63,134 nucleotides of DNA from Ignavibacteria bacterium (lineage in GTDB: Bacteria > Bacteroidota > Ignavibacteria > Palsa-1295): the NCBI GenBank assembly GCA_013287605.1, contig JABDDM010000005.1, positions 1-63,134 of the forward strand. Reading direction: 5' to 3'. Shown here one piece after another: positions 62,220-63,134 of the stretch. The first letter of the stretch is position 1. The number at the start of each line of letters is the position of its first letter. The notes beneath the pieces were generated by a model. The model saw nothing but the letters and a program-made list of their open reading frames with translations, was not told the origin of the DNA and searched no databases. A program made the translations under genes and the position numbers.

Positions 62220-63134
62220 ATGCCGAAAGTAACGATCGACGGACAGGAATTCGAAGCCGCAGCCGGAACAACGATCATTCAGGTCGCGCTCGAGAATGGC
62301 ATCGAGATCCCGCATTTCTGCTGGCATCCCGCACTGACGGTTGCGGGAAATTGCCGCATGTGTTTGGTCGAGATCGAGAAGATGCCAAAGCTTGCAATCG
62401 CTTGCGCGACGACGATCGCAGAAGGAATGGTCGTGAAGACTGCATCCACGATGGCGGTCACGGGTCGTGAAGATGTGATGGAGTTCCTGCTTATCAATCA
62501 TCCACTCGATTGCCCGATCTGCGACGAAGCCGGCCAGTGCAAGCTTCAGGACTACGCATACGAGCATTCTGCCGGTGAGTCTCGATTCACCGAACTCAAG
62601 GTCAGCAAAGAGAAGCGCACACCGCTTGGTCCAAATGTCTTGTTCGATGCCGAGCGCTGCATCAGTTGCTCTCGCTGCATTCGCTATGCTACCGAGATCG
62701 CCGATCAGCCTGTACTAACGTTCGTCGAGCGAGGAGACCATGTTACGATCGAAGCGTATCCCGATCAGGGATTCGATAATATCAATTCGATGAATGTCAT
62801 CGATCTATGCCCTGTCGGCGCGCTCACTAGTCGTGACTTCCGGTTCAAAGCTCGTGTGTGGGATATGTCATTCACGGATTCCATATGTCCGGGATGTGCG
62901 CGTGGCTGCAGCACCCGGGTTGGTGTTCGCAATAATGAGGTGCTTCGCTTAGAGCCTCGCCCGAATCCGAATGTGAATGAATACTGGATGTGTGATTACG
63001 GCCGATTGAATGCATATCCAGGCGTCAATGCCGACGATCGCATTCTAGGATGCAAGATCAAGATAGATGGCAGCTTTGTCGAAGCAAGCTGGGAAGAAGC
63101 CGCACGCCTGACTGCCGAGACACTCAAGAAATAC
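62220..63134 (+). CDS. nuoG: NADH-quinone oxidoreductase subunit G, 3'-truncated by the window end
   Basis: A hand-translated open frame, absent from the ORF track because it has no stop. 'MPKVTIDGQEFEAAAGTTIIQVALENGIEIPHFCWHPALTVAGNCRMCLVEIEKMPK...INHPLDCPICDEAGQCKLQD...CISCSRCIRY...CPVGALT' gives 2Fe-2S plus 4Fe-4S motifs. Confidence 0.9.
   Translation, partial: MPKVTIDGQEFEAAAGTTIIQVALENGIEIPHFCWHPALTVAGNCRMCLVEIEKMPKLAIACATTIAEGMVVKTASTMAVTGREDVMEFLLINHPLDCPICDEAGQCKLQDYAYEHSAGESRFTELKVSKEKRTPLGPNVLFDAERCISCSRCIRYATEIADQPVLTFVERGDHVTIEAYPDQGFDNINSMNVIDLCPVGALTSRDFRFKARVWDMSFTDSICPGCARGCSTRVGVRNNEVLRLEPRPNPNVNEYWMCDYGRLNAYPGVNADDRILGCKIKIDGSFVEASWEEAARLTAETLKKY

Overview
This 63-kb chromosomal window most likely comes from an FCB-group bacterium of the Ignavibacteria/Kapabacteria/Chlorobi type. 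The guess rests on many type-IX secretion (T9SS) C-terminal sorting domains with the 'NYPNPFNPST' motif, weak or absent Shine-Dalgarno sites, and lysine/alanine-rich tails on ribosomal proteins. About 50 protein genes and two tRNAs (Gly-CCC, Asp-GUC) are supportable. I found no rRNA, no CRISPR array, and no intact transposase, integrase or phage genes.

Housekeeping content:
- The distal alpha-operon block infA-rpmJ-rpsM-rpsK-rpsD-rpoA-rplQ.
- pdxST, fbp, dut, moaA-moeA, panB, cmk-ispH, ruvA, ald and the 5' part of nuoG.
- A two-lipoyl-domain E2 acyltransferase convergent with gcdH.
- A DEAD-box helicase, M28 and M16 peptidases, and an LptF/G permease.

Accessory content and most interesting signals:
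1. Two anciently paralogous DUF1800/DUF1501 gene pairs (32050-35405 minus strand; 45328-48536 plus strand). Both DUF1501 proteins carry a twin-arginine (Tat) signal and also a T9SS sorting domain. The second pair sits behind a TPR-LuxR regulator, and its DUF1800 has no signal peptide.
2. A three-gene ECF sigma / anti-sigma / lipoprotein module (20759-23692). The anti-sigma factor ends in an outer-membrane beta-barrel-like domain with a terminal Phe. The module is divergent from a 968-aa T9SS adhesin-like protein.
3. A dispersed, structured intergenic repeat of about 130-165 bp in three copies (about 1040-1197, 16665-16830 and 55336-55478). Two of them are full-length copies in inverted orientation, and all three lie next to decayed gene fragments.
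4. A gingipain (C25)-like T9SS protein whose catalytic His/Cys positions appear to be substituted.
5. Smaller oddities: an alkyltransferase-like (PAHRV) MGMT homologue, a MacA/MacB-type pair with no ATPase, a hemerythrin-like gene translationally coupled to moaA, an RGG-rich lipoprotein, and gene relics (a T9SS sorting-domain stub and a frameshifted ParE-like toxin).

All family assignments come from reading the translated ORFs by eye. No database search was run.
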